This document shows, piece after piece, positions 1 through 8,035 of a stretch of DNA of 64,000 nt. The stretch lies in contig JBAZSF010000001.1 in NCBI GenBank assembly GCA_041662525.1, positions 41,383 through 105,382 on the forward strand. Direction: 5' to 3'. Position 1 is the stretch's first letter. Each line of letters starts with the position of its first letter. The DNA is from Minisyncoccota bacterium (lineage in GTDB: Bacteria > Patescibacteriota > Minisyncoccia > Phycocordibacterales > UBA9973). A program made the position numbers and the translations under genes. Under the pieces are notes generated by a model, which did not search any database, was not told the DNA's origin, and was given only the letters and a program-made list of their open reading frames with translations.

Positions 1-1
1 G

Positions 2-919
2 CTTATTTTTATTATACTTTTATTTATTACTTTCTATTTGAAATTTAAATATCAAAATTGGAAAATCTCCCATCAGTATTTAGGTATTGTTTTATTTTTG
101 AGCGGACTGCATATGTTTTTTGTGCCTAGTGATATTTCAAATAATACTATTTTAAAATACTACATGCTGGGATTATTTATTTTAGGTGCGTACTCTTTTT
201 TCTACAGAACTATTTTTAGAGTTTATAAAAAAGAGGAATATAAATACAAATTAGAAGAAGTAAAAAAAGTAAATGACAATATTGCTGAATTGAGACTCTC
301 TCCTTTGTCTAAAAAGTTAGAATTTTTACCTGGACAATTTGTTTTTTTGAGATTTGAAAACAAGAATATTCTTTCCGAATCACATCCTTTTTCTATTACT
401 TCTTCCACTGAAGATGAAGAGTTACTTTTAAGCATAAAAATATTGGGTGATTATACGTCTATGATTTATTTATTAAAACCTGGAGCTATTTGTAATATCG
501 AAGGGCCTTTTGGAGCTTTTTCTTACCTTAAAGCAAATTCAAAAAGACAGATTTGGGTTGCTGGAGGTATAGGCATTACACCGTTTTTAAGCATGGCTAG
601 AGAGCTCAATTTGAACAAGATGAGTAATAATGACTATGTTGTAGATCTTTATCATGTTGTTAACAATAGTACCGAAGCTGTTTTTGTGAATGAATTAATG
701 GAGATTTCAAAAAATAATGCTAATTTTAAATTCCACCAGTATTTTTCTGATGATAGTGGACGTATTTCAGCTGATTTTATTTTTCAAAATAGTCAGAATA
801 TTAAAGATGCTGAAATATTTTTATGCGGACCGGTTGGTTTTATGAAAAGTTTAAGGGATCAATTTGTAAAGTTAGGTTTTATTAAAAGTAAAATTTATTC
901 AGAAGAATTTAGTCTTTAA
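2..919 (+). CDS. NOX/ferric-reductase-like FAD/NAD(P)-binding oxidoreductase, 5'-partial (reading frame open to the window edge; ORF-track start at 38 is a TTG)
   Basis: HPFSITS FAD-binding motif and GGIGITPF NAD(P)-binding Gly-rich motif, typical of ferredoxin-reductase-type FAD/NAD domains of FRE/NOX enzymes. The upstream in-frame codons are hydrophobic (LIFIILLFITFY) with no stop, consistent with a truncated transmembrane heme domain. Confidence 0.6.
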   Translation, partial: LIFIILLFITFYLKFKYQNWKISHQYLGIVLFLSGLHMFFVPSDISNNTILKYYMLGLFILGAYSFFYRTIFRVYKKEEYKYKLEEVKKVNDNIAELRLSPLSKKLEFLPGQFVFLRFENKNILSESHPFSITSSTEDEELLLSIKILGDYTSMIYLLKPGAICNIEGPFGAFSYLKANSKRQIWVAGGIGITPFLSMARELNLNKMSNNDYVVDLYHVVNNSTEAVFVNELMEISKNNANFKFHQYFSDDSGRISADFIFQNSQNIKDAEIFLCGPVGFMKSLRDQFVKLGFIKSKIYSEEFSL

Positions 920-936
920 GGTTTTATTAAAATAAT

Positions 937-1821
937 ATGAAAAAATATATCACTGTATCTTTATTTGTTTTCTGGGCTATCATCGTTGCGGTACTTGTGG
1001 CTGGTTTGATTTCCCGTAATGACAATCAAATATTACTAGAACCAGATGTTAATGGAACTAATCAACCTGATAATATCACTGGAGTTAGCCCCAATACTTC
1101 TCCCTTAGTATTATCTATGACCGAACTTGTGAAGCATAATTCTAGCCAAAGCTGTTGGCTCCTAATTTCTGGCAAAATTTATAATGTTACCACTTATTTA
1201 AATCAGCACCCAGGTAATGCCAGCACGATTTTACCGACTTGTGGTAAAGATGCTACTGTAGCATACGATACCAAGGGCAGGCCAAACGGTAGCCCACATT
1301 CCAATAATGCAGAGACCTTGCTCGCGAATTATTTTATAGGTAATTTAAATCAAACTTTAAAAACTGGAACGAATCCAAATACTTCAACAAATACAAATCC
1401 TACTACAAACAAACCAACTACTCCTGTAGTTACACCAACTCCTGTACCTGTCACTCCTGCTCCGACACCCAATCCGACACTTGCTCTCACTATGGCTGAA
1501 CTCGCCAAACATAACTCAAGACAAAGTTGTTGGCTTCTCGTTTCGGGTAAAATTTACGATGTTACTACTTATTTAAATCAGCATCCGGCTGGCGCTAGTA
1601 CGATCTTGCAGACATGTGGCACAGATGCAACAGTGGCGTATAGTACTAGAGGTGGTAATGGCACACACTCGTCTTCTGCCAATGCACTTCTAGCTAATTT
1701 CTTTATTGGCAATCTAAATCAAACAGTTACTACTAGTCCAAACAATCCAACTACTCCGCCCACATCAAATCCAAATCCGACTACATCTAATTCAAGGGAT
1801 GATGACGATGATGACGATTAG
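937..1821 (+). CDS. N-terminally membrane-anchored protein with two tandem cytochrome b5-like heme-binding domains, Thr/Pro-rich linkers and a poly-Asp C-terminus
   Basis: Two ~80-aa repeats (WLLISGKIYNVTTYLNQHPGNASTILPTCGKDATVAY and WLLVSGKIYDVTTYLNQHPAGASTILQTCGTDATVAY) match the b5 core W-x-I-I-x-G-K-V-Y-D-V-T-x-F-x-x-x-HPGG ... AGxDAT, with a second His after each. N-terminal hydrophobic helix; TNPTTNKPTTPVVTPTPVPVTPAPTPNPT linker; tail SRDDDDDDD. Confidence 0.6.
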   Translation: MKKYITVSLFVFWAIIVAVLVAGLISRNDNQILLEPDVNGTNQPDNITGVSPNTSPLVLSMTELVKHNSSQSCWLLISGKIYNVTTYLNQHPGNASTILPTCGKDATVAYDTKGRPNGSPHSNNAETLLANYFIGNLNQTLKTGTNPNTSTNTNPTTNKPTTPVVTPTPVPVTPAPTPNPTLALTMAELAKHNSRQSCWLLVSGKIYDVTTYLNQHPAGASTILQTCGTDATVAYSTRGGNGTHSSSANALLANFFIGNLNQTVTTSPNNPTTPPTSNPNPTTSNSRDDDDDDD

Positions 1822-1869
1822 TTAACTAAATTATTTTGAAAAAAAATTAGTACAGGGTATACTGAATTC

Positions 1870-2955
1870 ATGCATGATTTAGCTTTGTATCGTAAATATA
1901 GACCTAAAACTTTTGATGAAGTTTTAGGTCAAGACCATATTGTGAAAGTACTAGAAAGCTCTATAGAAACAGATAAAGTTTCTCATGCGTATCTTTTTGT
2001 CGGTTCACGTGGTACTGGTAAGACTTCTGTGGCTAGGATTTTTGCGACCAGTATTGGAGTATCTGTAAATGATCTTTATGAAATAGATGCAGCTTCTAAT
2101 AGGGGGATAGAGGATATGAAGGAATTACGTGATGGTGTGCGGGTATTACCTTTTGATTCAAAATATAAAATTTACATCATAGACGAGGTACACATGCTTT
2201 CCAAGGATGCTTGGGGTGCATTATTGAAAACTTTAGAAGAACCACCCAAACATGTTATTTTTATTTTAGCTACGACCGAACTTCACAAGGTTCCTGAAAC
2301 AATTATTTCTCGTTGTCAGGTTTTTACCTTTAAAAAAGCTTCTGAAGCAGTATGTAGGAAAATGTTGCTCGACGTCGCAAAGTCCGAAGGATTTGAATTA
2401 GACACTGGGGGTGCAGAACTTTTAGCTATTTTAGCTGATGGATCATTTAGAGATGCATTAGGAGAATTACAGAAAATTCTCAACTTTATAGGTAGAGATA
2501 AAAAAACCCGCCTAGACCCGCTTCGACGCGAGGCGAGCTCGGCGAGGCTGGTAAAAAGAGAAGATGTAGAAAAAATAACTGGCGCGCCGAAAACAACTCT
2601 GGTGAATGATTTTATTTCTGCGATTGCAGAGAAAAATTTAGAGAAAGGAATATCTACTGTACGAATTGCTTCAGAAATGAATTTAGATATGAAATTATAT
2701 TTCAAACTTATAATTCAAAAATTACGTATGGCGATAATTTTACGCTATGCACCTAAATTAGAAAAGGAGATGACAGGGAATTTAGGAGAGCCGGATTTAG
2801 AATTTTTGAAAGAATTAATTAAAAAAGACAAAGAGGGAATGCTCCGCTCAGGAACATTGGCTATCCTTTTGGAAGCTTATCAAGATATGGACAATGCATT
2901 TGTCACCGAATTACCGTTAGAACTTGCTTTAGTGGAGATAATAAATAAAGAGTAA
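1870..2955 (+). CDS. dnaX: DNA polymerase III subunit gamma/tau (short form)
   Basis: N-terminus YRPKTFDEVLGQDHIV...LFVGSRGTGKTS (Walker A) and DEVHMLS box are classic DnaX. Confidence 0.9.
   Translation: MHDLALYRKYRPKTFDEVLGQDHIVKVLESSIETDKVSHAYLFVGSRGTGKTSVARIFATSIGVSVNDLYEIDAASNRGIEDMKELRDGVRVLPFDSKYKIYIIDEVHMLSKDAWGALLKTLEEPPKHVIFILATTELHKVPETIISRCQVFTFKKASEAVCRKMLLDVAKSEGFELDTGGAELLAILADGSFRDALGELQKILNFIGRDKKTRLDPLRREASSARLVKREDVEKITGAPKTTLVNDFISAIAEKNLEKGISTVRIASEMNLDMKLYFKLIIQKLRMAIILRYAPKLEKEMTGNLGEPDLEFLKELIKKDKEGMLRSGTLAILLEAYQDMDNAFVTELPLELALVEIINKE
2506..2552. repeat. GC-rich palindromic element inserted in frame in dnaX
   Basis: 47-nt segment cccgcctagacccgcttcgacgcgaggcgagctcggcgaggctgg sits in otherwise ~30% GC coding sequence and encodes TRLDPLRREASSARLV. 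It shares AAACCCGCCT(A/C)GA and TCGACGCGAGGCG with the guaA element at 26404. Confidence 0.6.
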
Positions 2956-2961
2956 AATTTA

Positions 2962-3564
2962 TTATTGGTTGTTTTTGTATTTTCTAATTAAGAATAAAAT
3001 AATGGCCATTATTGAAGCCCCTATTACTGTCATTATCATGTCTTTTTGCCCGTCAAAAAGGTCTGTTGAGCCATAAAATGAAGCCGCCAGGACAGGATTG
3101 ACTGTCAGAGCAGCGATCAATTCAAAAATCTCATAAAGCCCTGAAAGCGCAAACATGGTGGAGAGGGTAATATAATAATTCCATCCGTTTTCTTTTTCAT
3201 AATTTTTATTGAAATGCGATACAATCTCTTGCATTGGGTAAAACACTAAAAAGCCAAAAGAAAAATGAACCAGTTTGTCATACATATTTATTGATGATCC
3301 GAACAGTCGCCCTATTTCATATCCGAAAGGCACCTGTGTCACTCCATAATGGGAGGTTATTAAGGGCAGCACAATATACACAAGCAAGAAAGTATAAGAA
3401 ATATTTGAGAGTTTTTTATAGCGTTCTAAAATAAAAAGTGCCACTATCGCCAATACTACTGGGATATTCTCCAGCGCCCAATAAGACAAAGATGGGGGAT
3501 TAATTCCCGACCAAATGAAAACTATAATAAAAATTACTAACAAAAATAATTTATATTTATTCAT
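2962..3564 (-). CDS. polytopic membrane protein, function unknown
   Basis: 200 aa with multiple hydrophobic helices; clean ORF convergent with dnaX. Confidence 0.5.
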   Translation of the reverse strand: MNKYKLFLLVIFIIVFIWSGINPPSLSYWALENIPVVLAIVALFILERYKKLSNISYTFLLVYIVLPLITSHYGVTQVPFGYEIGRLFGSSINMYDKLVHFSFGFLVFYPMQEIVSHFNKNYEKENGWNYYITLSTMFALSGLYEIFELIAALTVNPVLAASFYGSTDLFDGQKDMIMTVIGASIMAIILFLIRKYKNNQ

Positions 3565-3655
3565 ATCATTATTACCACGAAGTGCATAATATCTAATTAT
3601 ACTATGATTTTTAATTTTTTAAAAATGGCTTTAATGTCTGGTCTGGGTGCATAAT

Positions 3656-4111
3656 CTATCTGCCTACTATATATACTACTAGTAAAATAAGAGCTCCCCA
3701 CCATAAAATGTCGGATATGATAAAACTGATTATGATTTTATTTTGCCACGAAGAAGGTAAAAGTTCTTTTGAGCGTCCGTCTTTTTCGCGTTGCAGTAAA
3801 AATGGACTGACTTTAAAAGAAAGAAAATAGCCGTTGATTATTAACCCCAAAGCCATAAAAGCATGAATCATCGGTATGCCGGCAAACATAGAATCACGAT
3901 AAAGTATAATGCCACCAATAATTGCCAAAGTGACGCCTGTCCAAATTAAAGGCTTTGTCACTTTGTGGGTTCTTGTAGTCGCTTCCGTCCAATAAGAAGA
4001 TTTTCTCCCCAAGAAGCCATGAATATCTATTACAGTGACGGCCCCAAGACCAATAACAAAACCAGATATAAAAATAAATAATCCTAAAAAATCTAATGTT
4101 ATATATTCCAT
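3656..4111 (-). CDS. membrane protein, unknown function
   Basis: 151 aa with 4 predicted TM helices. Confidence 0.4.
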   Translation of the reverse strand: MEYITLDFLGLFIFISGFVIGLGAVTVIDIHGFLGRKSSYWTEATTRTHKVTKPLIWTGVTLAIIGGIILYRDSMFAGIPMIHAFMALGLIINGYFLSFKVSPFLLQREKDGRSKELLPSSWQNKIIISFIISDILWWGALILLVVYIVGR

Positions 4112-4136
4112 AGTTTATGAAAAGATTATATCATTT

Positions 4137-4385
4137 CTAACCCGTAGCGAGCACCACCCAAATAGCAACAAAGGCGAGAAAGACAACTGTGCCGATGACT
4201 ACTTGATATTTAGCAACTCGTCTTGTCACAAAAAGAATAGTAGTTGCCATGACTACCCAAAATACCCAAGCGAAGACGAATTCGTTCCAATTCCAATTCC
4301 AGCCTTCAACAAATTGATTTCCCAACAATGGAATAATTAGTGCTACTGTTGCCCAGCCCATAATTTTAAAAATCGAGTTCTTCAT
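4137..4385 (-). CDS. small membrane protein, unknown function
   Basis: 82 aa with 2-3 hydrophobic helices; follows the previous ORF on the same strand. Confidence 0.35.
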   Translation of the reverse strand: MKNSIFKIMGWATVALIIPLLGNQFVEGWNWNWNEFVFAWVFWVVMATTILFVTRRVAKYQVVIGTVVFLAFVAIWVVLATG

Positions 4386-4487
4386 ATATTTATTTTATCA
4401 TAGTAAGGGTTCTTTGAGTGATTTTAGTATAGCAAATTGAAGCGCCTCAGTCGCCCTAGTGCCGTAAACTGTAGAAGTTTGAACTTG

Positions 4488-4496
4488 TGATAGAAT
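4488..4496 (+). promoter_or_regulatory. extended -10 (TGaTAGAAT) ending 6 nt before the msrB ATG; likely leaderless transcript
   Basis: tgatagaat at 4488-4496, ATG at 4503, no Shine-Dalgarno sequence. Confidence 0.4.
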
Positions 4497-4502
4497 TTAA
4501 AT

Positions 4503-4860
4503 ATGAAAGAACTAACTGAGGAAGAAAAAAGAGTAATAATAAACAAAGGCACAGAAGTACCGTTTACAGGTGAGTATGTTAACAATAAAGCAACCGGCGT
4601 TTATGTTTGTCGACAATGCGGGAATCCACTTTATAATTCCAAGGATAAATTTGAATCCAATTGTGGCTGGCCTTCTTTTGATGATGAGATACCTGGAGCA
4701 GTGCATAAGACTTTGGATGCCGATGGGAGTACGCACAGAGATAACTTGCACAAACTGCGGAGCACATTTGGGGCATTTGTTTATTGGTGAGCATTTAACT
4801 CCTAAAAACAAAAGATACTGCGTGAACTCTATTTCAATGAAATTTATACCCGGAAAATAG
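4503..4860 (+). pseudogene. msrB: peptide-methionine (R)-S-oxide reductase MsrB, disrupted by a +1 frameshift near 4727
   Basis: Frame 1 encodes the MsrB N-terminal half (PFTGEY...CRQCGNPLY...[10 protein letters not shown]...KTLDADGS). Frame 2 encodes the C-terminal half ([33 protein letters not shown]). Joining them needs removal of one nucleotide around agtAcgc. Confidence 0.6.
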
Positions 4861-4882
4861 TTTAATAAATTATTTTAAAAAT

Positions 4883-5371
4883 ATGATTAAAAAAATAGTA
4901 TTGGCGGGAGGATGTTTCTGGGGTCTTCAAGACTTGATAAGAAAACAAGCAGGCGTGGTGAAAACGCAGGTGGGCTATACAGGAGGAAAAGTTAAAAATG
5001 CAACATATGAAAATCATGAGGGGCATGCCGAGGCGGTAGAGATAGAATATGATACCGAAAAAACTTCTTATAAAAAAATGCTAGATTTTTTCTTTCAAAT
5101 ACACAATCCTACGACTATAAATCAGCAAGGGAATGATCGAGGAACTTCGTATCGTTCAGCAATATTTTACGGCAATGAGGAAGAAAAAAAGAAAGCAGAA
5201 AATTTCATAGATATCGTAAATAAATCAAAACGTTGGAAAGACCCTGTGGTTACAACACTGGAACCACTCTCTGATTTTTATCAAGCAGAAGAATACCATC
5301 AAGATTATCTACAGAAAAACCCAGGTGGCTATACTTGTCATGCTATTTATTTTGATAGTTATTTAAAATAG
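4883..5371 (+). CDS. msrA: peptide-methionine (S)-S-oxide reductase MsrA
   Basis: GCFWG active-site motif at the N-terminus; typical MsrA length. Confidence 0.9.
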   Translation: MIKKIVLAGGCFWGLQDLIRKQAGVVKTQVGYTGGKVKNATYENHEGHAEAVEIEYDTEKTSYKKMLDFFFQIHNPTTINQQGNDRGTSYRSAIFYGNEEEKKKAENFIDIVNKSKRWKDPVVTTLEPLSDFYQAEEYHQDYLQKNPGGYTCHAIYFDSYLK

Positions 5372-5407
5372 ATAAAACAATTAATAAAATAACAAAGAAA
5401 AAATATA

Positions 5408-5509
5408 TGAAAGACGAAGGCTATAAAAATACTTTCCCTCACATTCGTTCGGGACCTTCGTCACTAATATTCGGGCCGAAGGCCCTGAGGAGCCTTAAGG
5501 CGACGAAGG
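5408..5509. other. GC-rich structured region 3' of tRNA-Gln (minus strand): nested hairpins including GGGCC-UUCG-GCCC and three copies of the complementary 8-mers GACGAAGG/CCTTCGTC
   Basis: gacgaagg at 5411, ccttcgtc at ~5447, gacgaagg at ~5502, gggccgaaggccc at ~5470. On the minus strand this is followed by a T-run, so it probably acts as the tRNA terminator. Confidence 0.4.
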
Positions 5510-5581
5510 GCTGGGAGACTAGGAATCGAACCTAGATTAAAGGCTTCAAAGGCCTCTGTCCTACCGTTAGACGATCTCCCA
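5510..5581 (-). tRNA. tRNA-Gln (anticodon UUG)
   Basis: Reverse complement folds as a cloverleaf: acceptor TGGGAGA/TCTCCCA, D-arm GTC-TAACGGTAG-GAC, anticodon stem GAGGC/GCCTT with loop CTTTGAA (UUG), T-arm CTAGG-TTCGATT-CCTAG, discriminator G. Confidence 0.8.
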
Positions 5582-5597
5582 ATGTTTACGTTTTGAT

Positions 5598-5840
5598 CTA
5601 ATTAAACAGTTTTTTAAGAAATTTTCTTCCAGAAGCTGATTTTAAATACTTTTCACGCTTTCTGGCTTCTTTTAGACTATCATATTTTTCATTATATATC
5701 ATTGTCCAAGGACAATGACGTTTTGTGTAAAAACTCTTTCCAGAATTATGTTCTGCTAACCTACGATTTAAATTGTTTGTTATACCTACATAACTTTTCA
5801 AGGAAACTGTACTTTTTAATATATAAAGAAAATAATTCAT
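5598..5840 (-). CDS. GIY-YIG nuclease family protein (UPF0213/YhbQ-like)
   Basis: YILKS...YVGITNNLNRRLAEHN is the GIY-YIG motif; 80 aa. Confidence 0.8.
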   Translation of the reverse strand: MNYFLYILKSTVSLKSYVGITNNLNRRLAEHNSGKSFYTKRHCPWTMIYNEKYDSLKEARKREKYLKSASGRKFLKKLFN

Positions 5841-5854
5841 TACATAGAGTATTA

Positions 5855-5896
5855 GACGACCTGCCTCGCCTTGATGCGAGTCAAGGCGGGTCTCCC
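5855..5896. repeat. GC-rich hairpin (CGCCTTGA-tgcgag-TCAAGGCG core), a member of the GC-rich palindrome family
   Basis: gacgacctgcctcgccttgatgcgagtcaaggcgggtctccc lies in the AT-rich promoter region between the GIY-YIG and ogt genes. Confidence 0.5.
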
Positions 5897-5983
5897 AATA
5901 TCTTTAAAACACATAATTTATAACATAAATCTTAACAAAAATCTATATTATTTGGTATGATGACTGAGACTAAATAAATTATT

Positions 5984-6277
5984 ATGGAAAAAATTAATAT
6001 AGTAAAATTAAAAGGTACACCTTTTCAGAAAAAGGTTTGGGTAGCTTTAACAAAAATAAAAAAGGGAAGTACTATTACGTATAAAGAACTAGCAAAAAAG
6101 ATAGGCAGACCCAGAGCCGTAAGAGCAGTAGGGAATGCTGTTGGGAAGAATCCTATACTTGTTATTATTCCTTGCCATAGAGTAGTCCGAAGTGATGGAA
6201 CCCTTGGTGGATATTCCGGTAGTGGTGGTATTAAAACAAAACGCGCCTTGCTTATCAAAGAAGGAGTAAAATTATAG
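5984..6277 (+). CDS. ogt: methylated-DNA--protein-cysteine methyltransferase (MGMT/Ogt DNA-binding/active-site domain)
   Basis: PCHRVV active-site motif (Cys acceptor) and HTH region YKELAKKIGRPRAVRAVGNA. Confidence 0.85.
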   Translation: MEKINIVKLKGTPFQKKVWVALTKIKKGSTITYKELAKKIGRPRAVRAVGNAVGKNPILVIIPCHRVVRSDGTLGGYSGSGGIKTKRALLIKEGVKL

Positions 6278-6296
6278 CTTACAACACATAATAGTA

Positions 6297-6512
6297 ATGT
6301 GGTTAGCTGGTGATTATCATCATAAATGTTATAATTTCATTATGACTAAAACAATAATAAACAATCAGGATTTTTTGGGGACTTTGTGGATGATAGGGTG
6401 GCTTTTTTCTATAGGTTTCCTTCGGCTTTCTTTTTGGAAAGGCGTTCTAGCTTTAATAGTTTGGCCTTATTATCTTGGGGTAAAATTTAGAAAAGATCCT
6501 GAAATTAAATAA
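6297..6512 (+). CDS. small hypothetical membrane protein (true start possibly at the internal Met, 6345)
   Basis: 71-aa ORF with one or two hydrophobic segments; weak support. Confidence 0.25.
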   Translation: MWLAGDYHHKCYNFIMTKTIINNQDFLGTLWMIGWLFSIGFLRLSFWKGVLALIVWPYYLGVKFRKDPEIK

Positions 6513-6520
6513 AAAAATTT

Positions 6521-7111
6521 ATGGAACCAAAAAATACAGTACCTCATAAGGGGAAAAGATTAATTATAACCGGCATTCCAACTATTGGTAAAACAACCTT
6601 GGCAAAACGCCTAGCAGAAGCAACTGGAGGAATTTATGTTTCTGCAGACGATATTCGTCATGAACTTCGACCAGACCCAAAATATACTGACGCTACAAAT
6701 TTTTGGAAAAATAAAAATAAAAGAACCTATTATATAAAAACATCTTATAGTCAACAATGGAAAAATATTGTTTCTCAATCTGAAAAATTATGGGAGGGGA
6801 TGTTGAACAAAATAAATAGTTATAAAGATGAAGAAAAACCAGTTATTTTTGAAGGGGTTAGTTTTTTACCACATTTAGTACACAAAGATTTGAATATTCC
6901 TTGCATGGTGATAGCTGGAGCAACGCTTGAAGAAGTTGTAGAAAAAAATAAAGATAAACCAATTTGGGAAAATACAGAACTAGAATTACAATCCGCCGCT
7001 TTTTTCTTGGGCGACCAGCCATATTTTAAAGCAGAAGCTGAAAAATATAACTATCCCGTATTTACCAATAATGACATAGCTTTCAAGGAAGCTCTTAAAA
7101 TTTTAGAATAA
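6521..7111 (+). CDS. P-loop NTPase / small-molecule kinase-like protein
   Basis: Walker A GIPTIGKTTLAKRLAE near the N-terminus; 196 aa. Confidence 0.5.
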   Translation: MEPKNTVPHKGKRLIITGIPTIGKTTLAKRLAEATGGIYVSADDIRHELRPDPKYTDATNFWKNKNKRTYYIKTSYSQQWKNIVSQSEKLWEGMLNKINSYKDEEKPVIFEGVSFLPHLVHKDLNIPCMVIAGATLEEVVEKNKDKPIWENTELELQSAAFFLGDQPYFKAEAEKYNYPVFTNNDIAFKEALKILE

Positions 7112-7446
7112 TGGCAACCATAGAAGATTTTGAAAAATTAGACATTCGGGTTGGGAAAATTATTGAGGTAAATGATTACCCAGAAGCCAGAAAACCTGGA
7201 TATAAGTTGAAAATAGATTTTGGTCCTGATGTTGGAATCAAGAATTCATTTTCTCAAATAGCTATTTTTTATGATAAAGAAGAATTGATAGGGAAGCTTG
7301 TCTTGGGTATTTTAAATTTTCCTATTAGAAAAATTGGTCCTTTTGAATCAGAAGTGTTAACTCTCGGTGTGCCTGACGAAGAAGGCAAAGTTGTTTTATT
7401 GGTACCAGACAAGAATAATGCAGTTGTTGGCGGAAAGCTGTATTAG
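7111..7446 (+). CDS. csaA: tRNA-binding protein (CsaA / EMAP-II-like OB-fold domain)
   Basis: LDIRVGKIIEV...KPGYKLKIDFG matches the tRNA-binding domain consensus (DLRVGKI...KL...IDVG). Start codon overlaps the previous stop (ATAATGG). Confidence 0.8.
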   Translation: MATIEDFEKLDIRVGKIIEVNDYPEARKPGYKLKIDFGPDVGIKNSFSQIAIFYDKEELIGKLVLGILNFPIRKIGPFESEVLTLGVPDEEGKVVLLVPDKNNAVVGGKLY

Positions 7447-7463
7447 TTTTAATTAAAATAAAA

Positions 7464-7501
7464 AAGAGGCTGTTGGCGAAAAAATCCGCTAACAGCCTCT
7501 T
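7464..7501. terminator. bidirectional rho-independent terminator between csaA (+) and cysE (-)
   Basis: aagaggctgttggcg-aaaaaatc-cgctaacagcctctt hairpin flanked by A-run upstream and T-rich downstream. Confidence 0.7.
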
Positions 7502-7513
7502 GATTTGATTGTG

Positions 7514-8035
7514 CTACACCTCCTTTCTATTTTTTCCGACAATTCTATCCAGCACGCCAACTGTCGTTGAATCATCAAGAACGTTCTTTAGAACAACAGC
7601 ATTAGCTCCTATTTTTACGTTAGAGCCAATTTTGATATTACCAAGGATTTTTGCTCCGGCTCCAACTTCAACATTATTGCCAAGAGTAGGATGCCTTTTA
7701 CCCTTTTCCTTCCCAGTTCCACCAAGGGTCGCTCCTTGATAAAGAAGACAATTATCTCCTATCTCGGCGGTTTCTCCTATGACCACACCCATTCCGTGGT
7801 CAATTACAAGCCCAACGCCTATCTTTGCCGCAGGATGAATTTCTATCCCAGTAAAAAATCTAACTAACTGGGACAGAATTCTTGCGCTTAGCTTCCAGTT
7901 TTTCATCCAAAGCCAGTGTGCAACGCGATGCCCAAGTATCGCATGTAATCCTGGGTAACATAGCAATACTTCTAAAACCGTCCGAGCTGCTGGATCCCTC
8001 TCAAAAATTGCACTTATATCCTTTGGTAATCTCAT
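7514..8035 (-). CDS. cysE: serine O-acetyltransferase
   Basis: N-terminal SAT region ([22 protein letters not shown]) plus hexapeptide repeats with IHPAAKIG...[18 protein letters not shown]. Confidence 0.85.
   Translation of the reverse strand: MRLPKDISAIFERDPAARTVLEVLLCYPGLHAILGHRVAHWLWMKNWKLSARILSQLVRFFTGIEIHPAAKIGVGLVIDHGMGVVIGETAEIGDNCLLYQGATLGGTGKEKGKRHPTLGNNVEVGAGAKILGNIKIGSNVKIGANAVVLKNVLDDSTTVGVLDRIVGKNRKEV

Noticed and set aside
2316-2705. 129-aa ORF antisense to dnaX
   Set aside because: Fully embedded antisense in a well-supported conserved gene. Ser/Ala-rich low-complexity translation.
4512-4811. Two antisense ORFs (99 aa and 71 aa) over msrB
   Set aside because: Overlap the recognisable msrB frames. 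No motifs; AT-rich antisense artefacts.
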